This document shows positions 1 through 17,847 of a stretch of 64,000 nucleotides of DNA, piece after piece. The DNA is from the human T2T-CHM13v2.0 reference genome, Homo sapiens: assembly GCF_009914755.1 (NCBI RefSeq), contig NC_060925.1. One strand, written 5' to 3'. How positions within the stretch are numbered: position 1 is the stretch's first letter; each line of letters starts with the position of its first letter. The notes beneath the pieces were generated by a model that saw only the letters and a list, made by a program, of their open reading frames with translations, had not been told where the DNA came from and did not search any database. A program made the position numbers and the translations under genes.

Positions 1-740
1 CTCTCCACTATCCAGAAGCGTGAGGGAAGGATCGCTGGAGGACACCCTCGCCGCGGGGTCTCCTGGGACTTGCAGTCCGGGCTGGGACCAAACGCCAAAA
101 CCTCAAGGCTGGAGAAGGGGAGGCTGTGGATGGGACTGATCCCTTTTGGAGAAAACCCTCACTCGTTCTTGTGTTTTCGCGCTCTCTTCATTTTAAAAAG
201 TGTTCCCAATCCCTCTATGAGCGTCCCTGAGGAGAGGGAGGAGCTGCAGGACCTGAGTGCCAGCAGAAGTGGGGGGGCCTTACCGAAATCGTAGCGAAAG
301 ATGTTAATAGTAGAGAAAAGGAAGGAAACAAGACTGAAGACAGTCATATCTCCATGGCTACCCTAAGTGGCTCTCTAGTGTTTCGGATACAGTAGATACT
401 GGGGAATCGGCTAAAAGTACCCTGGAAATCGGCTGAAAGTACCCTGGAAATAGGGAAATCTCTTATATTTGCATTGCGTTCCCCTTTTCCAACTTTCCTT
501 CTCCAGACTTGGAAAGGAAGGGTGTGAAAGGATCAACAAGAGCTGTAAGCTGAACTTCAGTGGGTTCCTGAAGTAGGGAGACCGGACTGGGTAAGGGGAA
601 GTTGAGGTTTGTAGCCTTCCAAACTATTTCTGATTATCTTAACTTGGTTTCTGCTAATATGGAGGACTTTCACTGACACACACAGTCACAGACTCCTGGA
701 CACAATTACAAAGGGGGCAAAACTTGACGTCACCTCTTTT
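1..740 (-). promoter_or_regulatory. DSTYK: Edge of a CpG-containing promoter, probably upstream of the divergently transcribed neighbour DSTYK
   Basis: CpG-rich first ~450 bp, then a drop to AT-rich sequence. Full CRE TGACGTCA at 725-732. The gene identity rests only on recalled head-to-head DSTYK/TMCC2 order; no DSTYK coding sequence is in the window. Confidence 0.5.
405..448. repeat. 22-bp tandem duplication
   Basis: aatcggctaaaagtaccctgga (405-426) followed by aatcggctgaaagtaccctgga (427-448), one mismatch. Confidence 0.9.
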
Positions 741-1599
741 GTGCTTCCTGAATTATCTCTCCCCTCTTCACCAGGCACAGAGCCCATCTGTATCTTTCTT
801 GCTATAGAAAGACACCGTCTTTTACCTAGGCCAGACTTCTTCTCTGATAGGCTACATGATGTAGTTCCTTGACTGAAATTAAGAGGAGATTTGAGTTTGG
901 ATCTGGACTCTTCCTATACCTTGCATTGTGATCTCGGGCAAGACCCCGTTTCATCTTCTATAAAGTAAGGGTTTAGAATGGCAGATCTTTAAGCCCTTTT
1001 GGTTTTAAATTTTTGTGAGTCCTGCTTCAGAAATTTTACTTCTCCTGACCTCTCATCGCAGAACACCCAGGTGTTCTTAGCCAAATGATGTCGTGATATT
1101 TGGATTAATTGTTGTAAGATGTGAAGGCCTTACCTTTCCAGGGGCATTAGCATTTTATAAAAAGGGGTCACTAATTCGAATGAATCTGTATTTGATAAAT
1201 GTCTGTGAGGGCTGACTGCAAGGAGGGAGCCTCATGCTCCTTCCCATTTACCCACTCCCCCTTCTGCCTTTTACTTGGTCACGTATTTTCCATCAGCCAT
1301 TCTTCTTTTGCAAGATTATATTCCCCATGCAATCCCCAAAGGTTCAGTAAAATAGAAATGAAAATTAAAAATGGGAATTTTAATACAAAGTAGATACTAT
1401 TTTTAAAATAGAAGAGCTGTAAGAAAGCAATGTGTAATGATTTGCCACACACACGAATTTCTAGCACAGGAGATCAGATAAGAGCACTCAAGCTGGAGTT
1501 ATCCAGAAAAGGAATCTATCTTGAAGAAGGGGCAAAATTTAGATAGGTGGAAGTAATCAGAGAGGGCATTATTTCAGGTAAATATCACAAAGCCCACCC

Positions 1600-2090
1600 T
1601 TTTAAAAACTATTCCTTAGTACTTTGCATTTATTTTCAAAATAAGTAATACACGAATGTGGTATAAAATTCAAATGGTGCAAAGGATATATAAGGAAAAA
1701 CTAAGTCTTCCTTAGTTTTTCTGTTCACCTCCCAGTCACCTAGTTCCCCTCCCAGGAGGCAACCACTGTTGTAGATATAAATCATGTATAAATAGATCCT
1801 ATATATGTATTTATATATGTGTATGCATGTATTTTAAATACAAATGATAGCATACGTAATACATATTTGATTATGGCCTTGCAGACTTCTGTACCAAAAC
1901 ATAAAGGTCTGTTTCATTCTTTTTAACTGTGTAACATACTACCACATGGATTGGCATGTTTTATTTAACAAGTCTTCTATTGGCGGACCTTTAGGTTTTT
2001 TGCAGTCTTTTCATATTACAAACAATACTGCAAGAACTAATCTATGTACATCATTTTGAATATGTGTAAGTATATCTCATACCTATTTTT
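1600..2090 (-). mobile_element. Old L1 (L1M-type) fragment
   Basis: AT-rich, with L1 3'-end-like phrases (gaggcaaccactg, tttcattctttttaactg, attacaaacaatactgcaa). Confidence 0.55.
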
Positions 2091-2291
2091 GATCTGTTGA
2101 GAAAGGCAATAATTTTTTGCTATTTAAAATCTTAAAAAATGCAAGTGACAATGAGCCCTTTGTAAATCATAATAACTTACCAATTAAAATACATATTTTC
2201 TTCAAATATCTAATTCAAAGGACAAATGGAGAAAATAAAGTTTTGAACGGTAAGAAGAGAGGGTTTAAGTTGGTATAGAAAAGTATTTCCT

Positions 2292-2934
<643 letters not shown>

Positions 2935-3624
2935 TTAATGAAGATGAACACACAGATCTACTTTTGTTCCCTCCTAGAACACCATTAAAATGACAGTAAT
3001 GGGATTTTTTAAAGCACAAAGCCAGGATAATGAGAGGAGTTGGTAGCAAAAAAGAAAGTGGAAGATGAAAAGCAAATGGGCAAGTTTTAACTAAGAAACC
3101 TGAATCCTAAACCCAAAGTAATAAAGTTGAGATCCAACCTTATATTGAAGAATCCCCTAAGTCTTAGAAACTGGTGACAGTAGGTCCCCCCACTGCCTAT
3201 TGTGGAAGTATAGTTGCTTAAGAGCAGTTAAATCCTGAGGTCACTTCCTCATCTTCAACTTCCACCCCACCCTCCGAAAAACAAGACTGAAGTATTTATT
3301 CTCCAGAGAGGGTTAAATAGCTCTCTGCATAAACAGGGAGATAAGTGAATGTATGGATATTGGATACCCTCTTCATTCAATTCCTAGATCTTTGGCTACC
3401 AGCTGTTTACCCTCCAAAGATAAAACTTAAAGTGTCATCATGAAGGAATATGAGCAGCCCAAGAAGAAAGACCCAAGTTACTGACATCAGAACTGAGATT
3501 TTTGTCTGGCTGTTTGTTTCACTGCTGTATCTCCAGCACCTAGAATAGTGCCTGTCACTTAGTAGGTACTCGTTAGATATTTGTTGAGTGACTGAGTGTT
3601 CACTGTAGATTGATTGATTGATTA

Positions 3625-3752
3625 AGTAGAGGCAGGGTTTTGGGGTTTGCCATGTTGTCCAGACTGATCTCGAACTCCTGGACTCAAGTGATACACACCT
3701 GCCTTGGCTTCCCAAAATACTGGGATTACAGGCGTGAGCTATCATGCCCAGC
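3625..3752 (-). mobile_element. Alu left monomer (FLAM-like)
   Basis: Antisense left-arm sequence only. Confidence 0.8.
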
Positions 3753-4499
3753 CAACATTTTTTAACATTCAGGAAATCACAAAAGAGAAAGTAAAAACCA
3801 CTCATACTTTTACTACCCAGAAAAAAACAGTAGGTTATATTGGTATCCATTAATGTTGTCATTGGAGGAAACGAGATAGGTGAGAAATATTCTTTCTAAC
3901 TTTACTTTTCTATACAAGTTCCTCTTGGTTTGATGATTTCTGGAGAGATTCTGAAGCCTTGATCTTCCTGTTCATGTAGGTGGAAATCATTTTTTTAGAA
4001 CACCATAAAACATTAACACTTAATTCTTCCATATGAATTAAGAACAGTTTACTAAGAGAAAGTATGACTATTTTCTGTTATGCAACATAAAATCAGAATC
4101 ACAAATCCAAGAATTTTAAAAATCTACAAATTGAAGGAAAAATAAAGAATTACATATTATTGAGTTTTATTATATTATATTGAAAAATTATATTGATAAA
4201 TATAAGTATTTCTTTACTACTTGTTTGCTCATTATCATCTTCTAAAGTTATCAGCAGGTAGGTAATATTTAGCTCCAAAAGAGAGGACAAATTATGGAAG
4301 AAAAGATGAAAAATACAACCCATTAACCCAATTTTTTTCTATGAATTGGGAAAAGTCACCATTATCGAATTTAACAACCAAACATACTTTCTTGAATCTC
4401 AATACTGATTCCCAAGGGAACATGTTTGAGAATCCCTGGTTCTAGACAATCTTGCCCTCTTCCCTGCCTATAGTGTATAATGCTGGCAGTGTTGCAGAA

Positions 4500-4602
4500 C
4501 AGTGCTTCTGAAACTTCAGTGTGCTCATGAATCATGTGGAGATCTTGTTAAAATGCACTTCTGATTTAGTAAATCTAGGGTGGTGCTTGGGATTCTGCAT
4601 TT
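4500..4602. mobile_element. MER5-type hAT-Charlie DNA transposon fragment
   Basis: cagtgcttctgaaactt...gatcttgttaaaatgca...ctgcattt resembles MER5; interrupted by Alus. Confidence 0.7.
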
Positions 4603-5407
<805 letters not shown>

Positions 5408-6032
5408 AATCCTGTAAAAATGTAGGGAAAAGCAAGGGAATCAGAGAGAATCTAACCCGAATTTCCAGTCCTGGCCGTGCTGCTTACTTATTTCATGATC
5501 GTAAGCAAATTACTTAGAGCCTCATTCACTTCATCTGTAGAGGAGAACTAATACCCAACTCACAGGGTTGTGAAGATTAAATGACATAATGTTTAAAGCA
5601 GTTAGCACCTTACTTTGCACACAGACATGCTTAGGAAATGTTTTCTGTCTGTAGTAACTATTCACATTCAGGATTATGTATTTTTACAAGGAGGATAGCA
5701 TTTCCAAGAATATTTTATGAGATTCTCTACATGAAGGTTTATTAACTTGAAGATTAAAGCTCTATAAAATTGAACTGCTAAATGCTATTTAATTATACAT
5801 CAAATATCATTCCAATGCTGAATATTTCATCAGTGCCATGCCTGGCTGTTAGGATGTAGAGCATTGGAGGGAAACAATCAAAGGGAATTTGGTATAACTC
5901 TAAACAGAGATCATCTTTGTTTCACTGCCAAGTAGAAGAACAAGGTTTTCCAGAAATGTTTTAGAGTAACTGATCCAAAGCTTTCCAGAAGCCCTGAACA
6001 TAGTTTTGTCACAATTCATTTTTCATCAGTAA

Positions 6033-6552
<520 letters not shown>

Positions 6553-6727
6553 TGATCCTTTCTCCACTATGTTATCTGACAGTTCAGTGGAACCCATATT
6601 TGGTTTATTTCCCTACCTACCTGGAATAACACCTTATAATTGGTTATATTCTTATCTCTGGGCTGATCCTAGGTGGATAAAGATAGATAGATTAACACCT
6701 ACCAGTACCCTTTTCTATGTCAATGTC

Positions 6728-6940
6728 ATTTATTTATTTATTTATTTATTTTTGAGATGGGGTCTCTCTCTCTCAATCTCTCTGTCGCCCAGGCTGGGGA
6801 TGAAGTGGTGCAATCTCAGCTCACTGCAGCCTCAACTACACAGGGTCAAGCGGTTCTACCACCTAAGCCTCTTGAGTAGCTGGGACCACCATGCCCGGCT
6901 AATTTTTTTTTCATGGAGTCTCACTATGCTGCCCAGGCTT
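6728..6940 (-). mobile_element. Partial, internally deleted Alu
   Basis: (ATTT)n tail plus degenerate antisense Alu. Confidence 0.75.
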
Positions 6941-7662
6941 GTCAACATTATTTTGATAGAGGTTTTCTAGAAGATTCTGAAGCCCAATATCTGAAACATA
7001 TTCCATCCAGCTTAGTCTGTATCTATCCACATATGCCAAGCCCAATGCCTGAAACAAAGAGTATACTCAATATATATTATCTGAAAGAAAATATTTCCTT
7101 TCATTCCCCTCCCTGCGCCCTTTCTCATAAATCCAGCCACCTCTCCAGGGAAGTGGTTTGATGGAAGTGACGGTTAGGATTCTGAAGCAAAGGTGGAAGG
7201 CATTCTGGTCAAGAGAACATTCTCTATTCCCAAATTTCAGAGGAAAGAGGGACCTCCACCTATCGAGCTTCACGTGAGCCTCCAAGTGCTTGGAAGAAAG
7301 TTCCCGGCACCTGGTTGAGCCACCATCACATATCTCTGTGTTGACAGGGTCCTACCATTTTCCTAGAGCTGATTTCAGAAGCACCAGTCTAGGCACTTTC
7401 TCAAAATAAGGCTTAGGGATCCATTTAGGCAAGTTTCCAGTTTACATGCACAAATTTCTTGCATAGGGAATATGACAAATTTTAAGGATGTGGAGGAATA
7501 AAGAGTAAAAAATAGTATTTAAAACATTATAAAAATAAATCAATTTTACATAACATTTTAACAGTCTCACATTCTAGCATAAAATTTAGGATTATTTCTT
7601 AGCACTGCCTCCCATATTTATCCATGACTTACCCAAAATGTATCAATATAGTTTATATCATA

Positions 7663-7963
7663 TTTCTTTTTTTTTTTTTGAGATGGAGTCTCGCTCTGTC
7701 GTCCAGGCTGGAGTGCAGTGGCGCAGTCTCGGCTCACTACAAGCTCCGTCTCCCAGGTTCACGCCATTCTCCTGCCTCAGCCTCCTGAGTAGCTGGAACC
7801 ACAGGCGCCCACCACCAGGCCCGGCTAATTTTTTTTTGTATTTTTAGTAGAGACGGGGTTTCACCATGTTAACCAGGATGGTCTCGATCTCCTGACCTCA
7901 TGATCCGCTCGCCTCGGCCTCCTAAAGTGCTGGGATTACAAGCATGAGCCACCGCGCCCGGCC
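7663..7963 (-). mobile_element. Alu (AluY-like)
   Basis: Full antisense Alu with caagctcc/ttcacgccattctcc features typical of younger subfamilies. Confidence 0.9.
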
Positions 7964-8300
7964 CAACATATTTAATTCTTACAACAACCCCAGATAGTTT
8001 TATCCTTATTTTACAGATGAGGAAATTGAGACTAAGGCTAAGTGATTTTTCTAAGTCCATATAGCTAATAACACAGATTTGTTTGACTCCAAAGCCCTAA
8101 TTCTTCTAGCTCTACACAATTTTGCATTCTAATGCTTTCATTTTATATTACTTAAAGGCGGCTTTTAATATTTCTATATATTCATCATATTATCCCTTTT
8201 AATAGCAGCACAATGTTCCATTCCATTATATTGTTGTGCCTTGTTCCTCATCCATTCCCTATTCTTGAGACATTTTGGTAGTTTCAGGTTTTTCATTATT

Positions 8301-8611
<311 letters not shown>

Positions 8612-9210
8612 TAAACAATGCTGCAATAAACTTTTTTTGTCATTGTTCATGTAGCTTGTTTTCTTCTTTTGAATTATTTCCTGGAGATCAATTCCCAGGA
8701 GGGTATTACTGAGTAAAAGAGTATAAACCTCTATATGGCTGTAGCTCTATGGTACTAAACTGCCATCTGATAGAACTGCACTGTGTCATTGCCTGTTGAA
8801 ACAGAGTAATATCTTCTTTCACCAGCACCCTGTGAGAGATATAAGACAAGCCTGGGTGGTCTCATTAATGAAAACGCCTTTTGTCCCTATGTCTGCTTGG
8901 GTATGTCCCAGAGCCATATGAGCTGCCTGAAAATGGCTTATGACATAAGGATACATAGTCCAGAATAGTATCTCACATGGATGATGTGATTCCCCTTCTC
9001 ACGAGAGACTTCCTTAAGTGGTCTTTTTGAAGTCACAAGATCAGCAGAAGGTTTTTCAAACAACTGACATTTTCCTCTTAATTCAGAGCAACTCTCCATT
9101 CCCATGTTGGAAAAAAGTGTGGTGCCCGTTAGAACTGAAGCCTAGACTTCAGTTAGAATGGCTCATTGTTTACCATTCCAATCTCAGTGTAAAAGGGTTG
9201 GGACATTTAG

Positions 9211-9712
<502 letters not shown>

Positions 9713-9821
9713 ACAAAGTTTGTTTTATGGACTAAATGGGAAGGTGTGTTATGCATATAGTAAGTGCTCAACTAATTAATAAATCTATCAACAAATGTAA
9801 TCAAACAAGTCTTCCCCTACA

Positions 9822-10010
9822 TCAGTGGTTCTCAAACTTCAATGTACATATCACTTAGGAAACTTGTCTAAAAAGCAGAGTTTCAGGCTCCACCCCCAGA
9901 AATTCGGTTTCTATCAGGTTGGAATGGGACCTGGGAATCTGCATATATAACTAAATTTCAAGGTGATTATGTTGCTGGTAGTCCATGAACCATACTTTCA
10001 GAAACACTAC
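9822..10010. mobile_element. MER5A-type DNA transposon
   Basis: Begins cagtggttctcaaactt and ends catactttcagaaacact. Confidence 0.75.
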
Positions 10011-10592
10011 CCTACAGTCTCAGAGAACAAAGAGAAGAAAAATAATTCCGTTTTAATATGCCATACAACTCTATAGCATGCAGATATAAAATTAAGGAGA
10101 TCCAAATATTGAATGTTCTATTTTCAAGATGATATTTAGTTCTTCCTTACTTAAAAGAATTAGAATCATCCTAAAGCAATATTTTATCCTTTTAACATTC
10201 ATGATATGGATGAATGTGTGAAAACATCTCTTTTTGGAGTCATCTTGATCCCTCACAGAGATCTCTCTCTCCTCCAGAACTTGGTACTTAATTAGCTCCC
10301 CTTGGAGTGTTGGCAGACATTACCATTTCAATCTTGTGTTGTTAATTGACATTTCGTCTGTATCTCACCTCCCCAACTGGACTGTAAGGCAGGGACGAAT
10401 GTCTTTTATTGTTCTATATCCTCCACAAGCATATTGTAAAGCCTTTGTACATGATATGTGTTTCATAAATATATGTGAACGAATGTAGAGATATTGAATT
10501 GCAGACTAATATTAATTAGAGTATTACTTACCATAAAGTGACTCAAAATTATAGTTGTGAAAAGGTGAGCTATTAGGCTTTTAAGCTTAGAG

Positions 10593-11274
<682 letters not shown>

Positions 11275-11925
11275 CTTTAGAGTCAGACGGAGCTGAGCAC
11301 AGATCTTGGACCTATTTTTAAGTGCTGTAACTTCTCTAAGCCTATTTCTCATTTGTAAGGTGGTAATAACACACCTTGTAGGGTTGTTTCAGGAGAGTGT
11401 TCACAAGGTTCCTAGCAAAATGTCAAACACCTGTGGATCTCTTTAAATGGTGGACTTTTACTATTACTATTGTATCTAAAAGTACCACATATGATTATAG
11501 ATAGAACTGCCCACAGATATTTATTTTCAGATGTAAAATAATAAACAATCGATTCTCTCTGAGCAAAGCTGATATTTTCTCTTTCTTTTTAAGGTCTAGA
11601 ATTTTCAGCTTTAAGTAACAGATTGTCCAGAGGTTTGTATGGATTCCCTATAGAGATGGGAAAGGGCACAAAGCAGCCATTTTACCAGTCCCAGGCTTTC
11701 ACACATAGTAGTACAATCAGGGTTTAAGTTTATGCTTCACAGTCCTCCTCTGTTCATGGCCATGATTATCATTTTTTCTCCCATTACAGAGGAGAAACCA
11801 GAATAAAGAATATGCATCCTACCTGAAATGAGAAGCAGGAACTTCTGGCTTTTTCATATTACAGATAGGAGATTCACCCACCCCAGGAATGAAACAGACA
11901 TTGGAATCTCCTGTGTAAGTCTTAG

Positions 11926-12429
<504 letters not shown>

Positions 12430-13459
12430 TCAAAGGATGAAGTGGATAGTATGTTAAACCATGATATCTTCAGTTGACAGAACATTAAGCAGTCATTTAA
12501 AATGTTTACTTAAACATATGGAATATGGCTAATAATATATGGAATAATATGGGAAAATGTAATAATGTTGAAAATGCTGCTGAGTACATTTCAAGTAAAA
12601 AATAGGATAAAATTTAGTTTAGGCTAATAAGAGCTTTCTCCAATCAGGAGTGATATAGAGCCTTCCTGGTCCTCTCTTCCTTTTACAATAGCCAGTAAAA
12701 AGCCTGTATTTAGGTGGTGGGATTGTGACAACATCAACAATCCAGACAATCTTCTTAAGGATTATTTGCATAGTTTACTCTTCCTAATCCAACAGAACTC
12801 AATTTCTTTTAAGGAGTGCACTGCGTGGAAGTGGTCATCTCCAACAAAAAGGGAAGAGAATTACATTAACAAAGGAGTATATGCAATGATATTGGTATCA
12901 AAATTCAGTGAGCAAAATTATTATATCTAGTCCCTCTAGAGAGTACTTTTACCTTTGAATCACTCTACTCAGTATGTTAAATCTTAAAATAGCGCACTGA
13001 CAACCACTTATCCATTTGATGTTTAAATGTTTTTTTAAGTATTGCTATGGAATAGGACATAGAATTGCCTTGGATAATCTGCAAGCTTCTTACTATTGGC
13101 AAAAAGAGAAGCCTTTTATTTTTCAGACCTAATTGCTTTTACAAAAAGAAAGAAAACAAAACAAAACCCTACTCTACACTTTGTTAATCTTGGCACCTTA
13201 TCCTCTATAATGAAAGCTTCAACCATTTATCAAACTAAATGAACTGGGTGTTGACAAGAGAGCAGGATTCCATAATTCTGCCCTTTATACTCCTTGTGTG
13301 TATACTTATTGGTTTAGCAAATTTGATACTACCAGAGTGCTCCCTTTCATTAGTTTAACTGGGATTTCTGTTCACAAAAAGCATTCAGCTTATTGGGATA
13401 ATTCTCTTTCTCATATGGTATATGGGGGGCTTGGACAAGTTAATTATTTTTGTTTCACT

Positions 13460-14370
13460 TAGTTTTACTGCACATATACCATGTGTCAAGCATTTTCACG
13501 TGCATTATCTACCTTCATCCTCACAATAACCAGTGAAGATAGATAGTATTAGCCCTGGTTTATAGATGAGAAAACCGAGGGTGAAAGAGGTTAAGCTCAC
13601 AAGAAGTAACCGAACTAGAATGCTTACATGAATTTTCTGACACCAAGACCAATGTTCTTCCCACTAAATCATGTTATTTCCTTGTAATTAACTAGGTGTG
13701 CCAAAACAGAATGGAAATGCTACTCCTACATAGAAAATATAATCACTTGCATTGTGTATCTGCAAACTTTTGTCTAATCTTGAATATCAAAACATAATTT
13801 GTGCCTATATTTTCCCAAAGAAACGTAGAATGATAGAATAATCTAATGCCGTAAACAAAATTTCAACCAACCAAAGTACTTTCAAGTTCTGATTTTCTTA
13901 GGTGCTCAAGAATTTGCTGCGGCTAATGAAAATTTGCCATTGGCTTCAAACTGGTGGTTATAGGTCACTCAGGTCTCTACACAGACTTCTCAGCCAAACT
14001 TCTTTGGCAGTAGCACACTTATTCCATAATATGACACTCAGTGAAAGTCAGAAATTGGTGGGACACATTTGAACTCCTGAAGATAGAAGCATTGGAGTGA
14101 AATGTGCAACACTTCTGAAACTGGATGACATCTGTGGTTATAGCTATGGCCCTCATTCTTTGCTAGGCAATGTCCAAGTGCTTTACATATATTACCCAAC
14201 ACCCTGTATGGTAGGTACTGTCATTATCCCTACTTCCAAATAATTCAGAAACTGGAGCATGAAGAGGTTAGATAACGTGTCCCCACTCACATGGTCAGTG
14301 AAGAGCAGAGCTAGGATTTGTCCCCTATCTGGCCATAGAGCCTGAGCTCTTAACCATTATGCTATGATGC
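13460..14370 (-). mobile_element. MIR fragments (~13460-13670 and ~14130-14370)
   Basis: MIR core-like phrases (cctcacaataacc...tttatagatgagaaaaccgagg; gaggttagataac...ctcttaacca). Confidence 0.6.
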
Positions 14371-15220
14371 CTCTCCAAAATGGAATGTAAAGTATTAGCT
14401 GATTTTATGAAACACACCACAGACTTTTTTGCTGACCTGAATCACACCTTGCAAATATGACGACAAGTAGAAAATGTGGCTGTCATGCTGTATGTATATG
14501 ATAATATAAAAATCAAACTTAAGACCAACTTTTATCTAGTATAGAAATGAGGCATAATTCAAAATTATAATGCTCTCTGCTTCCTTAAACGAAACCAAAT
14601 CCCTTCCTTAAACCAAATCCCTTCACTTTCCTTCGGCTTCGAGTCAGGTCATGAACATGTGTCAATGCATGCTCACCATTTGCTGGCCACCGCGTGCCCC
14701 TCAAGACTTGCTCAGGGTCTTTGGGGCCGCTGCACTTATCTGGGCCAAGTCAGGCAGGGAGCAGTATATTCCTCTGCTTGAAACCTTGCACCATGGGAAC
14801 CTGCCCCCACCGGTTCTGTCTAGTCCTGCCCACGGTCTACACTGGCATCCTGCCATCCCCTCACCATTGAAAATGCTAAATAAAGGCTTATAGCTTTGTG
14901 TTTCCACATTGTGCTCGATTCTTTGTGGTAGATGTGGGGGGTGGTTCCACATTCCCAGCCCATCCTAAATTCCTATCTTCTAAAAGTGGAGCTGCCTAGT
15001 TTAGAAAGTAGCTGCTTGGCTGAAGTAAATTCTTAACAAATTAGTCTCTTCTAGGATACACATTAAAATGAGTGGTTGGAATGGGAAGAAGACAGAACAG
15101 AAAGTCAAGAAACTCCGACTAGTGAGACTGAAGTGAGGCTACAATGGCATGATGGGTGCGAAAGAGATTGGTAAACTGTAAAATCCTTTAGAGACCGTGT
15201 GGCCCCTTCACTGTCTAGGC

Positions 15221-15401
15221 CAGTGGTTCTCAAAGGGTAGTGTGTGTCAGAATTACCTGGAGGGCTTGTCAAAACACAGATTTCTTGGCTCACTACTTCT
15301 GATTCTCTAGGTCTGGCTGGTGGCCAAGAATTTGCATTTCTATCAAGTTCCCGTGTGATGCTGAAGTTGCTAGTCCAAGGATCACAATTTGTGAACCACT
15401 G
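15221..15401. mobile_element. MER5A-type DNA transposon with terminal inverted repeats
   Basis: TIRs cagtggttctcaaa (15221-15234) and tttgtgaaccactg (15388-15401), one mismatch. Confidence 0.85.
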
Positions 15402-15959
15402 GTTGCTGGATGAGTAAAATCCATTGTGTCCACAGGAGGCATACAATAGACACTCAGATGGGGTTGTTATTATTACTACTCTCCATATCTTGGTAACCCC
15501 AACGTTTGCTCTCTTCTGCTTCCAGATTACTCAGCACAGTTTGGCTGAGATTTATGCAAAGAGAGACAGCATTCCCTTTCCACACATCTATATGTAGCAA
15601 CCTCCTGCCATTAATACCCTTTCTTATTTAAAAGCTGCTTCACAGTTTGTAAGGAACTCTCACATACGTTATTGTGTTTTTATATGAAATTCTTCCCAAT
15701 TTCTGAGCATAAATTATGCCAAGTAAAGTCTCATTAAGAAATAATGCACTTAAAGCGGGGGACGGGGCGATGAGGAGAGAACGCCCCCTCCCCTTGGCAT
15801 TTGCAGCTCTGAATGTAGGCATAGATTTAACTCAGACCAAGTATCCTAGAGGGGATAGGTGTCTCCCTTATGGCTAGAAGGTGCAAAGTTAAGAGCCCCA
15901 AAAAGCAGTGATAATAAACATCCCTCTTGTGCTCCTTCTCGCCAAATAAAGCGAATGGG

Positions 15960-17150
15960 TGGAGGAAATCCTGGGCGAGCCCTCCTCGGCAGGGTCCCTC
16001 AAGCTGGAGCCGAAACTGCGACTCCCACGCCCGCCGCCCCCGCCCCTGAACTGCAGCCCGCTCTCTGCAATGCAAAAACGCAGCAGCATCGTCCTCCAGC
16101 CCTCTCCTGGGGGATCGCACGGTGCAACCAACCCCAAAAACGAAGCTGCGCGACGCCCCCTCAGCCCCGCGGGCTTCCCATTGGCCGGTTGCCGCTGTCA
16201 CTCCCTCCTAGCCTCGCCTTCCCGCTCCCGGGCGGAGGCAGCCGGGCGGGGTAGGTTGCGCGCTCGCCGCGGGCTCGGGCCGCGGTCGCGGCTTTGCGGC
16301 AGGCTGCGCGTCAGGCGGGGAGCGGGGCGCGCGGGCCGGGGAGGGGGCCGGGCGCGCTGCGGGCTCCGCGGCCGGACCATGCGGGGCAGGGGCCGGTTGC
16401 AGGGCCGGGGGCTGCAGCCGGCGCCGATGGCGGCCGACTAGGACCTGCCCGGCCGGCTGCCCCGCGCCCCGCCTCGCCCCGCAGCCCGGCCGGCCGGGAG
16501 GGATGCGCTGTGCCGCCCAGCTCCTCTCCGTCCTGCCCATGCCCTGAAGCAGAAAGTTTGGGGGCCGGGGGTTGTCTCCCTTCTCCCTCCTGCAATGACT
16601 GCCCAAGGACTCTTGCTGCCCAGCCTCGACTGTGACCTGTCTTCGCTCCCCAGGTCGAAATGAACTATTCCAAGCTATAACCAAGGCTCCCCCTTCTCGC
16701 CCCTCCCTCACCCGCCTTTAAGAATTTTTTTTTTAATTCAAGAAATTGTGGTCTGCCATCTCCCCTCCTTGTTAATAATTTAGACCCCAGGCCTCATATG
16801 AATATAAGAGGGGGTGCGGTCTTCCCCAAGACGGCGCGCTGGAAGGACAGATTCCCCTTGCCGACCCACATACACCATGAAGAGGTGCAGATCGGACGAG
16901 CTGCAGCAACAACAGGGCGAGGAGGATGGAGCTGGGCTGGAAGATGCCGCTTCCCACCTGCCGGGCGCGGACCTCCGGCCTGGGGAGACCACGGGTGCTA
17001 ACTCTGCTGGCGGGCCAACTTCAGACGCCGGCGCTGCCGCGGCGCCCAACCCAGGTCCCCGAAGCAAGCCTCCTGATTTAAAGGTGAGCGCAGACCATCC
17101 CCCCGGCAAGCCCAGCCCGCGACTTAGCTCTCGCCACCCCACGCAGAAGT
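15960..17150 (+). promoter_or_regulatory. TMCC2: CpG island: main TMCC2 promoter and long 5' leader
   Basis: Very GC/CpG-rich. Inverted CCAAT at 16180-16184 and GC box near 16244; the island extends over the first coding exon. Confidence 0.9.
16877..17083 (+). CDS. TMCC2: TMCC2 coding exon 1 ([13 protein letters not shown]...KPPDLK, 69 codons)
   Basis: accATGa start; donor AAG|gtgagc, phase 0; matches the recognised TMCC2 N-terminus. Confidence 0.96.
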
Positions 17151-17427
17151 GCTTTAACAGGATAAAAGTGAGGGGGGAAGCCAGGCAAAGGTCAGAGAGG
17201 ATGAGCGGATGCTTTGCTGGCACCCCAGGGGGGACGTCAGGTACCATTTATGCCTCTGTCTTTCAGCTCCGTGTCAGGTCTCTGTGTTTGTTCCCCATTA
17301 TTCAGCAAGCGTTTTAGTGACTCACCCATCCGAGATTGTTTGAATAATGTGTGAAGTGTTATTCGCAGACAAAGGGCTGGAGAAATCCAAGATGCTAACC
17401 AAAAAGTGGACAGCAGGTGACCATTAG

Positions 17428-17806
<379 letters not shown>

Positions 17807-17847
17807 TGAGCGCTTTCCTGGATGAAGCTCAGTTTGCCGATCTGTGA

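Noticed and set aside
15827-16711. Multiple 100-167 aa ORFs on both strands
   Set aside because: Stop-poor CpG island; only the AUG-initiated uORFs were retained
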